Position numbers and translations under genes: made by a program
Assembly: GCA_024276825.1 (NCBI GenBank)
Contig: JAJRWI010000004.1
Span: 13,723-77,722 of the forward strand
Length of the DNA: 64,000 nt
Source: an archaeon
GTDB taxonomy: Archaea > Asgardarchaeota > Thorarchaeia > Thorarchaeales > Thorarchaeaceae
Direction: 5' to 3'
The notes under the pieces: generated by a model
What the model was told of the DNA's origin: nothing
Database searches by the model: none
The model's input: only the letters and a program-made list of their open reading frames with translations
In this document: positions 20,997 through 30,656 of the stretch, piece after piece
Position numbering within the stretch: position 1 is the stretch's first letter
How the letters are laid out: the number at the start of each line of letters is the position of its first letter

Positions 20997-21923
20997 TCAG
21001 AGTGAATTACTGATTTTGGTACAAAGTTCAGCCAGCATCCTAGCTCTTGGTCCGAATAGGTAAAGGATTGGCTCAATACCAATTCCTCCGGGTACATGTA
21101 TTGCAATCAGTTCTTTTGTCCTTGGTCTTCTCTTGATTGCGATCTCAGTTGCTTTAATTATGTCATCAGCATCAGCAAATGCCCTATTCAACGAGATTAC
21201 ATAAAATCCCTGTTTCTTTGCAGCACTTATAATTTCTTCACTACCCCGTATGCAAAGGCATGCATGCACTGCTTCAAACTTCTCCTTTGCCCATAATAGA
21301 ATGCTTGCAGTATGTCTTGATGCACCAAACTGTGGACTGCTGTGAATTGTCGCTCGCCCATTGAATATGAATATCCTCCCTGGCACCCCCAACACATCAG
21401 CAGTTGTGGTCGCATCTTTAAGACAGACGACAAGATTTGCCCTAACCTGAGGGATCACTCTCTCAAAGGCATCATTGACTTCTAGTATCTCCAGTGCGGC
21501 GTTCATATCACTCAATAGCTTTGCCCGTTCACCAAGTTCTATTGGCTCATTCCTGATGAGGTCACTACAAATTTGACATTTCTCGTTTCCAAGCTCTCTA
21601 ACAGACCCCTGATGAGCCTTGCATATTGCCCCTCCAATTCTCATCTCGATGCAGTGTTTGCAGATCTCATACACCATGCGGCTCACTGTTTCACTCTCAT
21701 CGAGAATCATTTGTTCCAGTTTTTGGACTGCGGTATCTATCTTATCAAGAGGAAGACAAGTGGATGGCTGCTGCTTTAGATACTTGCTGACTGCAGCCTG
21801 TGTTATCAATAGTTTCTCTGCTATCTCTATCTGAGAAACTCCTCGGTCATTCAATCTCCTTGACAGTCGCGCTCTGAGAACTGGGAGGTATTCCTTTTGC
21901 ACAAGTTCGCATGGTGGTCTCAT
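20997..21923 (-). CDS. thiR: ThiR-type regulator (HTH plus thiamine-phosphate synthase ThiN-like domain)
   Basis: MRPPCE..., SQ.EIA..L.ITQAAVSKY HTH, IPQVRANL, VPGRI, PQFGASRH, GIEP. Divergent from the thiamine ABC genes. Confidence 0.85.
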   Translation of the reverse strand: MRPPCELVQKEYLPVLRARLSRRLNDRGVSQIEIAEKLLITQAAVSKYLKQQPSTCLPLDKIDTAVQKLEQMILDESETVSRMVYEICKHCIEMRIGGAICKAHQGSVRELGNEKCQICSDLIRNEPIELGERAKLLSDMNAALEILEVNDAFERVIPQVRANLVVCLKDATTTADVLGVPGRIFIFNGRATIHSSPQFGASRHTASILLWAKEKFEAVHACLCIRGSEEIISAAKKQGFYVISLNRAFADADDIIKATEIAIKRRPRTKELIAIHVPGGIGIEPILYLFGPRARMLAELCTKISNSL

Positions 21924-21962
21924 TGACTTCACCCACGGCAACATATTTATTCAGGTGTTTTC

Positions 21963-21990
21963 TATAACTGGGTTGTATAACTCAAATATA
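21963..21990. promoter_or_regulatory. Putative ThiR operator
   Basis: Imperfect palindrome TATAAC-TGG-GTTGTA overlapping a second TATAAC half-site in the short thiR/thiB divergent gap. Confidence 0.45.
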
Positions 21991-22005
21991 AAGGTGATTG
22001 GTCTT

Positions 22006-23130
22006 ATGACCTCGCAGCAGTATCCGACCCGAAGAAACCCAAAGTTCCTGATTGCAGGCGTTGTAGTCGTTTCTGTAATAGTCATAGCATCAATAGCAAT
22101 CATTACAGCTCCCCGTCCTAAATTCATTGTCTATACTTACGACTCATTCATGGTCTGGGGAGATGATCCAGACACCATCGATGAGCGGGCGTTTGGTGCC
22201 TTTGAGAAACAATTCGGTGTGGATGTCGAGATAGTGCGTCTAAACCTAGATGCAAATGGGATTGTGGCAAGACTGAAAGCTGAGTCTGCAAATCCAGTGG
22301 CCGATGTTGTGATAGGCATCGATAACATTCTTATTTTGCAAGAGGGTGTCAAGGATGTTTTGGAGCCTTATACTCCGGAAAACATCAGCTTTGTGAACTC
22401 TGACCTCATTAATGCTCTCGACCCCGAACATTACATTGTGCCCTTTGATTATGGTCTTGTGACAGTAATCTATTCAACAGAACTCATCAACACTACAACT
22501 CATCCCGAGCTTGCAGAACTCACATTCACCGACCTTGCAACTCCCGACCTTGCATCAAGTTTCGTCACTGAAAATCCCCAGTTCAGTAGTCCAGGTCTTG
22601 CATTTCTGCTCACTCAAATTGCAGTATATGAGAAGCTGATGGGCGAAGACTGGAAACAATGGTGGCAGTCAGTAAAGGAGTACATTGACGTACAACCAGG
22701 CTGGTCTGAGGCATGGGCGAAATGGGACTCGGACCCAACCATATCAATGATGGTGAGTTATGGCACTGATCCCGCATATTCTGCATGGGCATCTGGAACG
22801 GCTCCCACAACTGCAATTGCTCCCATACATCATAGCGGCACAACATATGCATGGGTGCAGGTTGAAGGGATAGGTCTTGTGAAGAACGGGCCCAACCCCG
22901 ATCTTGCAAAAGCATTCATTGACTACTGTCTATCAGATACCGTGCAAGAACTCATCCCATTGAACCAGTGGATGTTTCCTGCAAGCAGTCATGCCACGCT
23001 CCCTGCAGTATATGACTATGCCATTCATCCCAATGAGGTTTCGTTGCTCAACAACATTTTAACTAGGACGGAGATCGAGCAGAACCTGACTGCTTGGCTT
23101 GATGACTGGGCAGCAATAATGACAGGGTGA
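22006..23130 (+). CDS. thiB: Thiamine ABC transporter substrate-binding protein
   Basis: VYTYDSF, ADVVIGIDN, PFDYG, SSPGLAFL, SYGTDPAY, QVEG, NQWMFP; N-terminal membrane anchor. Confidence 0.9.
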   Translation: MTSQQYPTRRNPKFLIAGVVVVSVIVIASIAIITAPRPKFIVYTYDSFMVWGDDPDTIDERAFGAFEKQFGVDVEIVRLNLDANGIVARLKAESANPVADVVIGIDNILILQEGVKDVLEPYTPENISFVNSDLINALDPEHYIVPFDYGLVTVIYSTELINTTTHPELAELTFTDLATPDLASSFVTENPQFSSPGLAFLLTQIAVYEKLMGEDWKQWWQSVKEYIDVQPGWSEAWAKWDSDPTISMMVSYGTDPAYSAWASGTAPTTAIAPIHHSGTTYAWVQVEGIGLVKNGPNPDLAKAFIDYCLSDTVQELIPLNQWMFPASSHATLPAVYDYAIHPNEVSLLNNILTRTEIEQNLTAWLDDWAAIMTG

Positions 23131-23140
23131 TGGCCTCAAG

Positions 23141-24793
23141 ATGAAGATTCTTCGAGGGAGAGACCCTTTCTCCCTCACATCTCTATTTCCAGTTGCTATC
23201 CTCATCATATTTGTTGTTCTTCCTGTTTCATATGTCATCATAATCGGAATCATGGATGATCCAGTAGGGGCATTTATCACAACCCTCTCATCACCAGTGA
23301 CTCAGAGAACCATAATCTTCACAGTTCTGCAGGCCCTTGCAAGCACCCTCTTGGCAGTCATCCTTGGGCTTCCTGGTGCATTCCTGCTAACCCGCCTTGA
23401 ATTCAGGGGCAAATCCCTTGTCCGAGCATTGATTCTGGTACCGTTTGTTTTACCCCCAATCGTTGTTGTTGTGGGATTCCTGAGGATGTTCGGTCGAGGT
23501 GGAATCATCGACTCATTCCTCATGCTTCTAGCAGGCTCTGGTCAGTCGGTGATTGATCTCTCATCTGGTATATTTGGAATAGTCCTAGCTCATACTTTCT
23601 ATAACATCCCCTTGATCATACTACTGGTGTCAGCATCACTCATAAGGCTCAATCCCGAGGTGGAGGAGAGTGCTGAGATTCTGGGGGTGTCCAACTGGCA
23701 AAAGTTCAGACATATTATATTCCCACATATTCGGCGATCACTCTTTGCTGCCAGTATTCTTGTATTTCTGTTTTGCTTCATGTCATTTCCCATAGTCCTT
23801 GCTCTTGGACAGAGTCGGCTGATGACAATCGAGGTGCAGATATTTCATGCATTCAGAGAATTGGACTATGCAGGAGCAAGCACTCTGGCCCTCATGCAGC
23901 TATTGGTCACTCTCTCACTAGCATACATCTACATTAAGGCTGGATCATCAGACAACGAGTATATGGGTTCAACATCTGAGATTAAGACGCTCTCATTTCA
24001 AAAAATGCCAATGAGATACAAAGTGACCTCAATCGTATACTCATTACTGATAATAGTGTTGGTAACAGGTCCATTCATTGCAATTATAGAGTCCTCAATA
24101 TACGACCCCTATGTTGGGGAGTTCACCTTACGAGGGTTTGCAAACCTGTTGAGCACAGGCATTGGCGGAGGGCTCCTGCCCTTGATGAACTCTCTAATGT
24201 ACTCGACTCTTGCAACATTATTGACCTTATTTCTTGCAATTCCACTAGCTTACTCTCATCGTTCCAAGACATACGGTGTATCATCTACCCTATCCTCATT
24301 GACGCTGCTTCCGTTGGGAATATCTTCCATCACTCTTGCTTATGGCCTTATGATCGCCATCACCGTGCCACTGGGTCTCACAACTTACCCTTGGCCAATA
24401 ATTGTAATCGCACAGACCATTATAGGGCTACCATTTGCAGTCAGGGCAATCGAGGTCTCTCTGCAAAATATAGACCCGGAGATTTTGGACCAGGCCACAG
24501 TTCTCGGGGCAAGTCGATTTCAACGCCTGTTCTTTGTAGAGCTCCCCTTGGTTGCTCCCGGTATGCTTGTTGGGGCGGTTTTTGCATTTGCCATGGCGAT
24601 TGGTGAGATGTCAGCCACATTGTTCATTGCGTTGCCGCAAAACATCACACTATCTATAGCTATATATCAATATTTAGGAGTAAGAAAGTTTGTGGAAGCT
24701 GGAGCGAGTGCCTTTGTGATTGCTATGGTCTGCTTCTTTGCATTTTTAATCCTTGAACGCTATTCTGATGTCACAGCAGGAGGAAGTCCATAA
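23141..24793 (+). CDS. thiP: Thiamine ABC transporter permease
   Basis: Two permease halves with EAA loops (EESAEILG, DQATVLGA), plus LAHTFYNIP. Confidence 0.88.
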   Translation: MKILRGRDPFSLTSLFPVAILIIFVVLPVSYVIIIGIMDDPVGAFITTLSSPVTQRTIIFTVLQALASTLLAVILGLPGAFLLTRLEFRGKSLVRALILVPFVLPPIVVVVGFLRMFGRGGIIDSFLMLLAGSGQSVIDLSSGIFGIVLAHTFYNIPLIILLVSASLIRLNPEVEESAEILGVSNWQKFRHIIFPHIRRSLFAASILVFLFCFMSFPIVLALGQSRLMTIEVQIFHAFRELDYAGASTLALMQLLVTLSLAYIYIKAGSSDNEYMGSTSEIKTLSFQKMPMRYKVTSIVYSLLIIVLVTGPFIAIIESSIYDPYVGEFTLRGFANLLSTGIGGGLLPLMNSLMYSTLATLLTLFLAIPLAYSHRSKTYGVSSTLSSLTLLPLGISSITLAYGLMIAITVPLGLTTYPWPIIVIAQTIIGLPFAVRAIEVSLQNIDPEILDQATVLGASRFQRLFFVELPLVAPGMLVGAVFAFAMAIGEMSATLFIALPQNITLSIAIYQYLGVRKFVEAGASAFVIAMVCFFAFLILERYSDVTAGGSP

Positions 24794-25851
24794 TGGTACA
24801 GGTTGAACTAAGATCACTGACTCGTGTCTTCAAAGATGGCACGCGCATCGGACCCATTGATCTGACTGTTAAGGATGGCGAATTCATAACCCTGCTCGGA
24901 CCCAGTGGGTCAGGCAAGACCACAACACTTCGTCTTGTTGCGGGGTTCATTGAACCTGATGAGGGGAGTCTTCTGTTTGATGGTGTGGATGTTATCAATG
25001 TCCCTCCCAATGAGCGACAGATTGGCATGGTCTTTCAATCGATAGCCCTGTTTCCGCATATGACTGTCTATCAGAACATAGCATTTGGTCCTGAAATGGC
25101 TGGATGGACCCGTGAAGAGACAATCAATCGTGTTGAAGAATTGGCAGACCTACTTGGCATCAGGAGTCTTCTATTCAGACGAGTTAATGAGATCAGTGGG
25201 GGCGAAGGACAGCGCGTTGCCCTTGCGAGAGCTCTGGCCCTGAAACCAAAACTGCTTCTTCTTGACGAACCTCTGTCTGCTCTCGACCAACAATTGCGCG
25301 AGCGACTTCAAGGCGAAATAAGAAAGATTCAGAGCAGATTGAAGATAACGACCATATATGTGACCCACAGTCAGGATGAAGCATTTGCAATCTCTGATCG
25401 GGTCGCAATATTGAACAATGGGATTGTTGAACAAGTTGGAACACCAAAGGAATTATACTCTTCACCTAGGAATGAGTTTGTTGCAAGATTTCTGGGTGGT
25501 AATGTGTTTGAAGGAACTGTCGAGAGTTCCGAGTCTAACATCTCAACAGTAAGAATCAATGGTTATTCCTTCAGAGTACACGAACCCCTGCAGACTGGCT
25601 CTAAAATACTGTTCTCAGTTCGGCCTGAAGAGGTCAGGATTCACTATGATGATGCTGTGTCATATCCCTCTGCGGAACTCATCTCAATAACACCGCAAAT
25701 TGGTATGGCCAAGGCTTCGTTGGACTTCAACGGCCAGATTATTACTGTAGCAGTGTTTGATCTTAATCTAGTCGAACGATTGAAACCTCTAATTGGCAAT
25801 CATGTGGGTTTCTCCTTTGGCGAAAACTCCATTCATCCATTGAATAAATAG
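24793..25851 (+). CDS. thiQ: ABC transporter ATP-binding protein (thiamine)
   Basis: GPSGSGKTT, ISGGEGQR, LLLDEP, VTH; 1-nt overlap with the permease stop. Confidence 0.88.
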   Translation: MVQVELRSLTRVFKDGTRIGPIDLTVKDGEFITLLGPSGSGKTTTLRLVAGFIEPDEGSLLFDGVDVINVPPNERQIGMVFQSIALFPHMTVYQNIAFGPEMAGWTREETINRVEELADLLGIRSLLFRRVNEISGGEGQRVALARALALKPKLLLLDEPLSALDQQLRERLQGEIRKIQSRLKITTIYVTHSQDEAFAISDRVAILNNGIVEQVGTPKELYSSPRNEFVARFLGGNVFEGTVESSESNISTVRINGYSFRVHEPLQTGSKILFSVRPEEVRIHYDDAVSYPSAELISITPQIGMAKASLDFNGQIITVAVFDLNLVERLKPLIGNHVGFSFGENSIHPLNK

Positions 25852-26146
25852 ATAAACTTTCTAATTGACTAGAAAATATGTTAGCCAAGATAACATAAGA
25901 AACTTAATTACTGCTGCTTTTCAGTATGTCCTAATGTTGACCCGTGCTGAGGGTCTAAAAACTGCTATTCAGAGGATACATAATGGTCATTGAGCATACT
26001 GATGCAAATGGGCATGAAAACGTACAGCAAACAATATTATATTACAAACTGTTAGATTTGACTGTACAAAACATGCTTTATAGTGGAAAAATATGCTGCA
26101 TGGATGATTATGGTCATAGCTGAAAAAACGCAAAGTCGTGATTGTT

Positions 26147-27118
26147 ATGGTAATAGGGTACGAGGTTTCTGAGGATGGTACTGTCCAAGAAATAGAGGTC
26201 ACAAAAGAAACTCTGGATCCAAAAAGCGTGATTTGCATTATTGATGAGGTTTCAAAGAGTATCTTTCTTTGGAAGGGGTCTCAATCGGGAATACGTAAGA
26301 AATTCATTGGAGCACGAGTCGCTACAAACTTGCGGTCCGAACATGGTTTTCATTTCAAAGTGAAACCACTTGACGAAGGTGAGGAACCTCCTGCCTTCTT
26401 CTCAGCATTGGATATGGTTGGGGCAGTTGCTCCCCCACCAAAACCCAAAGCTCACGGTCCTCCCCCAGCTCCTCAAGAATCGGCCCCAGCTGGAATGCCT
26501 GCTGCTTCAGCACCAAAAAAGCCTACTGTACCAACTGAAACTCCTCAAGCACCTCCTCCAACCCCGACCGCACCTCCTCCTACAAGACCCACAACTCCAC
26601 CGCCTAAGCCTCGAACAACCACAACGACCCCTCCCCCTAGACCCCCAACAACAACTACTAGACCGAGTACTACTGCTGCCCCAACTAGAGTTTCCGTGGA
26701 TCAATCAATTATTGATCAAATGATCAGCGAGCTTGAGCAAACAGATCCGCCAGAGGGCTATCAACGGGAACTACTGATAGTATATAATGAACTATACACT
26801 GTTGTTGAGCACCGAAAAGTGGTTTTTGGAAGAGAAACCGTTGAACACCGTTTTGAAAAAGTAAAAGACCCGCCCGAGGGAACATTCATGGCAGAGGGCT
26901 TTATTCCCCGAGTCATTGTGAAAGACGGAAAGGTCTTGGGTATCGAGCTTCTCAAGGGCACACCCGAAGCCATTTTAAGCCCAATAAAAGCAGAAATGAA
27001 GGAACGCCTTACTGATCTTATTAGTTTCTTCAAGTCTGAGATTGAGAGTGCTGAGTTAGATGCACCGGCAAAGCCTGCAAGCAAGAAGAAGAGAAAGAAG
27101 AAGCTTGTCGCAAAATAG
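26147..27118 (+). CDS. Asgard gelsolin-domain protein (single gelsolin domain, Pro/Thr-rich linker, C-terminal domain; 1DGelX-like)
   Basis: LDPKSVICIID...IFLWKGSQS...KF.GA..A...DEGEEPPAFF is a gelsolin repeat. It is followed by about 90 aa of Pro/Thr-rich linker and ends in a basic tail KKKRKKK. Confidence 0.85.
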   Translation: MVIGYEVSEDGTVQEIEVTKETLDPKSVICIIDEVSKSIFLWKGSQSGIRKKFIGARVATNLRSEHGFHFKVKPLDEGEEPPAFFSALDMVGAVAPPPKPKAHGPPPAPQESAPAGMPAASAPKKPTVPTETPQAPPPTPTAPPPTRPTTPPPKPRTTTTTPPPRPPTTTTRPSTTAAPTRVSVDQSIIDQMISELEQTDPPEGYQRELLIVYNELYTVVEHRKVVFGRETVEHRFEKVKDPPEGTFMAEGFIPRVIVKDGKVLGIELLKGTPEAILSPIKAEMKERLTDLISFFKSEIESAELDAPAKPASKKKRKKKLVAK

Positions 27119-27136
27119 ACTAATGGAGAGAATACG

Positions 27137-27526
27137 ATGTCATCACAACTTGATCCAAACAAAGAGAAAGAACTGGTCGAGCTCCTAATGGGGCTAACGA
27201 ACTACGCCGATCTGGACGCAATTGCAGTAGTGAGCAAACAGGGTGTTAAGCTTGCATACTTTGCAACAGAAGAGTCCGATGCTGATCCAGACCTTATGGC
27301 TGCTATGAGTGCTGCACTCCTAGTGCAGGGCGAGATGGCTGCAGACAAACTGGAACTCAGTGAGCTTTACGAAGTCATCATTCGTGGTGCTGATGGCTTT
27401 GTTGTACTGTCCCATGCAGGTGACTTTCTCCTCATGGGATCTGCACGGGATCTGCGTTCCATGGGTCTTGCCATAAGCCAAATGCGAAAATACGCAAAAG
27501 AGATCGGCAAGCTGCTGGGAAAATAG
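27137..27526 (+). CDS. Roadblock/LC7 domain protein
   Basis: AVVSKQG, D.MAAMSAALL..G..A..KL, EVIIRG.DG, MGL pattern; 129 aa. Confidence 0.88.
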   Translation: MSSQLDPNKEKELVELLMGLTNYADLDAIAVVSKQGVKLAYFATEESDADPDLMAAMSAALLVQGEMAADKLELSELYEVIIRGADGFVVLSHAGDFLLMGSARDLRSMGLAISQMRKYAKEIGKLLGK

Positions 27527-27606
27527 GTTTCATCTAAGGCAAAGGCCAGAAATAAAATCTGGCTTTTACAGTAAATATATTTAGTCGATGGCTTGTTGCT
27601 CAAATT

Positions 27607-28818
27607 GTGAATATGATGAATCTGGGCATAACCTCTCGGGCATCTAATCTCAAATATGCAATTCGAGACATTGTTGTTGCAGCCAAGGCCTATGAGCGAA
27701 AGAGCGGAGAATCCCCATTGTATCTCAACATTGGGGATCCGATCAAATATGACTGGAAAACTCCTGACTTCATGGTCGACGCAATTTGCGAGGCCGCTCG
27801 TAAGGGGATCAATGGTTATGCCCCTTCTGAAGGTCTTGATGAACTTCGTCAGGCCGCAGCCGAGAAAGAGAAAAGAGTAAACGGGATTGATGTTGACCCC
27901 TCTCGGATTCTTGTGACCACTGGAGTGTCAGAGGCCATTCAATTTCTTGCTGGAGCACTTGTCACTGATGGTTCTGAATTACTTGTTCCTGGGCCCTCAT
28001 ACCCCCCATATCTCTCATACATACAATTCTTCGGCGGAAAACCTGTCCCTTACAGGACTGTTGAGGAAAATGATTGGAACCCCGATGTTGATGATCTTCG
28101 TTCGAAAATCAATGAAAAAACAGTTGGCATTGTTGTTATTAATCCAAATAACCCCACAGGCTCCGTTTATAATAGAAGCACGCTGAAGGCCATAGCTGAC
28201 CTTGCGGGCGAATACGAATTACCATTAGTGAGTGATGAGATATATGACCAACTCACTTTTGATAAGGATCAGACCCCCATGGTCAAAGTTGCTAAAGATG
28301 TTCCAGTGATTGGCTTCAATGGTGTGAGCAAGGTCTATCTCGCACCCGGCTGGCGTGTGGGCTATGTGTATTTCCATGATGGTGATGGCGAACTAGAACC
28401 TCTGCGAGATGCCATGGTCCGTCAGGCAAGAATCCGGATCTGTTCAAATGCCCCTGCTCAATATGCTTCCGCGGCTGCACTACGAAGTGATGGAAGTCAC
28501 TTGAAGGATGTCATGAAGCGGCTTCGAGAGCGTCGAGACCTCATTTACAGGCGGCTCAATGAGATTCCATCAGTTTCAAGCAGACTTCCACAGGCCGCAT
28601 TCTATATCCTGCCAAAAATTGAATTGAATGGAAGGTGGAAAAACGATACAGAGTTTGTTCTTGATGTATTAAACTCCACTGGCGTTGTATTTGTTCCCGG
28701 TTCTGGATTTGATCCAATTTACGGTGACGGACACTTTAGGAGTGTATTCCTGCCACCTCTAGATATGATTTCCGAGGCTATGGACCGTCTTGAGAGCTTC
28801 ATGAACTCCCATGAATAA
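27607..28818 (+). CDS. Class I/II PLP-dependent aminotransferase (alanine aminotransferase-like)
   Basis: YAIRD, LNIGDP, INPNNPTG, SDEIY, NGVSK..LAPGWRVG. Confidence 0.92.
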   Translation: MNMMNLGITSRASNLKYAIRDIVVAAKAYERKSGESPLYLNIGDPIKYDWKTPDFMVDAICEAARKGINGYAPSEGLDELRQAAAEKEKRVNGIDVDPSRILVTTGVSEAIQFLAGALVTDGSELLVPGPSYPPYLSYIQFFGGKPVPYRTVEENDWNPDVDDLRSKINEKTVGIVVINPNNPTGSVYNRSTLKAIADLAGEYELPLVSDEIYDQLTFDKDQTPMVKVAKDVPVIGFNGVSKVYLAPGWRVGYVYFHDGDGELEPLRDAMVRQARIRICSNAPAQYASAAALRSDGSHLKDVMKRLRERRDLIYRRLNEIPSVSSRLPQAAFYILPKIELNGRWKNDTEFVLDVLNSTGVVFVPGSGFDPIYGDGHFRSVFLPPLDMISEAMDRLESFMNSHE

Positions 28819-28819
28819 C

Positions 28820-30583
28820 CTAGACTGATGACTGCTTCTGATTGAATATGTCAAGCAGCTTTCTTCTTATCTGTTCAAGGCTTTCCAGTGCAACTCTTAT
28901 CCTTTCTGGGACCTCTGGAACTGTTCTGTCGGCAAGATAATCAGCTTCTAGAAGTGAAGCAATATATGATTGAATCTTCTTGATCTTCTCACGTTCCTCC
29001 TCAAGGGCTGTCCTCACCTTGGTTCTTGCAGCAGCCTCAGCAGGATCTTGAGTTGAACTGGCAGTTGGAAGACCGTTATAGATCAGCTCAAGATTATAAT
29101 TGATGTCTGCAATCCTACTTTTGAGTGATGATATTGAATCAAACACCTCTTTCCGTTTTGCATCAAGGTCCATGATTTCTTGTTTCACAGGTAGTATCTT
29201 CTCCCGCAATTCCGACTCGATAGATTCCAGTGTTCCCTTAATACTCTCCTCGAGTTCTTGTAGCAGTTTAATGCCATGCTCCCTAAGTGCCTTCTCTCTC
29301 TTTGCCTTGATCTCTGAAATCATCAAATCATCGCCAAGCAACGAATCAAATGCATCAATGAGTTCATTGACTATTGAAATGCGAGTTTTTGCTGCTTCAA
29401 GGTTCTTGCCGCTTATGTCCTCATTTACTCTCATCAGAGTACTTGTCAATGCATCAATCATCCTGCTCAATGGTTCTTGCTCTAGTATGGATTGTTCTAC
29501 GGATGTTCTTAGTAGTCCTATGCGACCGTCAGTCACATCTCTATCATGCTGAAGTTTTTCTGTTTCACGAAAGTCCTTGAGAAGAATCTTTGCTGGTCCC
29601 ACTTGCAAGGAGTACTCGGTGTTCAGCTGATCGCGATATGTGCCCTTCAATAACACTGAATACTCCTTTGTCCCTGTGAGTTCTTGTGATGCCTTTGCCA
29701 CAATCTCAAGTGTGATTGATTCATCAGGTCCTAAAACTTCAATTGAACGCTTGATATCACCTGCACTAACCACGAGTTCAGGGTCAAGATGCCATTCAAC
29801 TGCCAAATCAAATGCGTTTCCATCCCCAATGTTATTCAAAATGGCCTTTATTGTGAATTCATCGGAAAATGTCTTATCCACAGGTAATTCAATATGACTT
29901 GTGATATTTGGAGTTTTGATCTTTCCTCTAAAGATCTCACGAATCATCCCAAGTCCTTTCTCAACATACCTGTAGAATGACTCCGCATCACGACCGAGAG
30001 CGGTCTTCAACTCTGTTGCAACTGAATTCTCAGCTGAACTGAATGAATTAATATCGACATTGACCAGAGCTGCTTCAAACTGCTGTGGTATCTGACTCAG
30101 CCTGACCACATCCGGATACACAATTTTTGCCGAATGATCAGAGACAAACTGCCTGGCCTTTAGAAAGGCAGTGTTATCATCACCCACCATGAAATAGATC
30201 ATACAGGCTGATATTGCAAGGGCAGTGCCGCGTTTGATTTCAGCAGGATCATCCCATATCAGATGCTCCTCGGCGGCATGAAGAAGGTCTTCTGCTGCCA
30301 AAGAATATGCATTAATAGCCTGTGTGGAGTTCCCAATCTCTGAGTACACATCGCCGGCATTACACATTAGCAAAGCGGCCTTCTTGAAACTCTTGCCCTG
30401 TCTATACTCTAGAGCCGAGGTTTCGAAAGCTTGAGCTGCTTCAATCAGCTTCTTCTCAGCCTCATGAAGATTACCCCTTTCTAGCAGCTGCTCTGCTTCT
30501 TTCAAAGATTGATTTCCCGCTGCTTGACGCATGAGATCTCTACGAATCATTTGCAAAAACCGATTTACTCTCTCTTCTGACAC
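28820..30583 (-). CDS. Hypothetical protein: SNAP/TPR-like helical repeats, Ig-like beta-sandwich, coiled coil
   Basis: EAAQAFETSALEY...FKKAA...NAGDVY...AINAYSLAA helical hairpins. L.NIGDGNAF...LGPDES beta-sandwich. Heptad-rich C-terminus. No signal peptide. Confidence 0.6.
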   Translation of the reverse strand: MSEERVNRFLQMIRRDLMRQAAGNQSLKEAEQLLERGNLHEAEKKLIEAAQAFETSALEYRQGKSFKKAALLMCNAGDVYSEIGNSTQAINAYSLAAEDLLHAAEEHLIWDDPAEIKRGTALAISACMIYFMVGDDNTAFLKARQFVSDHSAKIVYPDVVRLSQIPQQFEAALVNVDINSFSSAENSVATELKTALGRDAESFYRYVEKGLGMIREIFRGKIKTPNITSHIELPVDKTFSDEFTIKAILNNIGDGNAFDLAVEWHLDPELVVSAGDIKRSIEVLGPDESITLEIVAKASQELTGTKEYSVLLKGTYRDQLNTEYSLQVGPAKILLKDFRETEKLQHDRDVTDGRIGLLRTSVEQSILEQEPLSRMIDALTSTLMRVNEDISGKNLEAAKTRISIVNELIDAFDSLLGDDLMISEIKAKREKALREHGIKLLQELEESIKGTLESIESELREKILPVKQEIMDLDAKRKEVFDSISSLKSRIADINYNLELIYNGLPTASSTQDPAEAAARTKVRTALEEEREKIKKIQSYIASLLEADYLADRTVPEVPERIRVALESLEQIRRKLLDIFNQKQSSV

Positions 30584-30656
30584 AGGCTACTAACCTCCCT
30601 CATCTTATATGTCCAAGACAAAAATGAAGCTTTTCATCCATTGATTGAATACTATC

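Noticed and set aside
25935-25960. TPP riboswitch suggested by GCTGAG near the thiamine operon
   Set aside because: It lies downstream of thiQ and lacks the other conserved TPP aptamer segments.
26420-26690. C/A-rich low-complexity DNA as a tandem repeat or CRISPR
   Set aside because: Explained by Pro/Thr/Ala codons of the gelsolin linker; no fixed repeat-spacer period.
29100-29552. 150-aa plus-strand ORF and the many other 60-140 aa overlapping ORFs in the track
   Set aside because: Antisense or off-frame shadows of well-supported genes, with Ser-rich non-protein-like composition.
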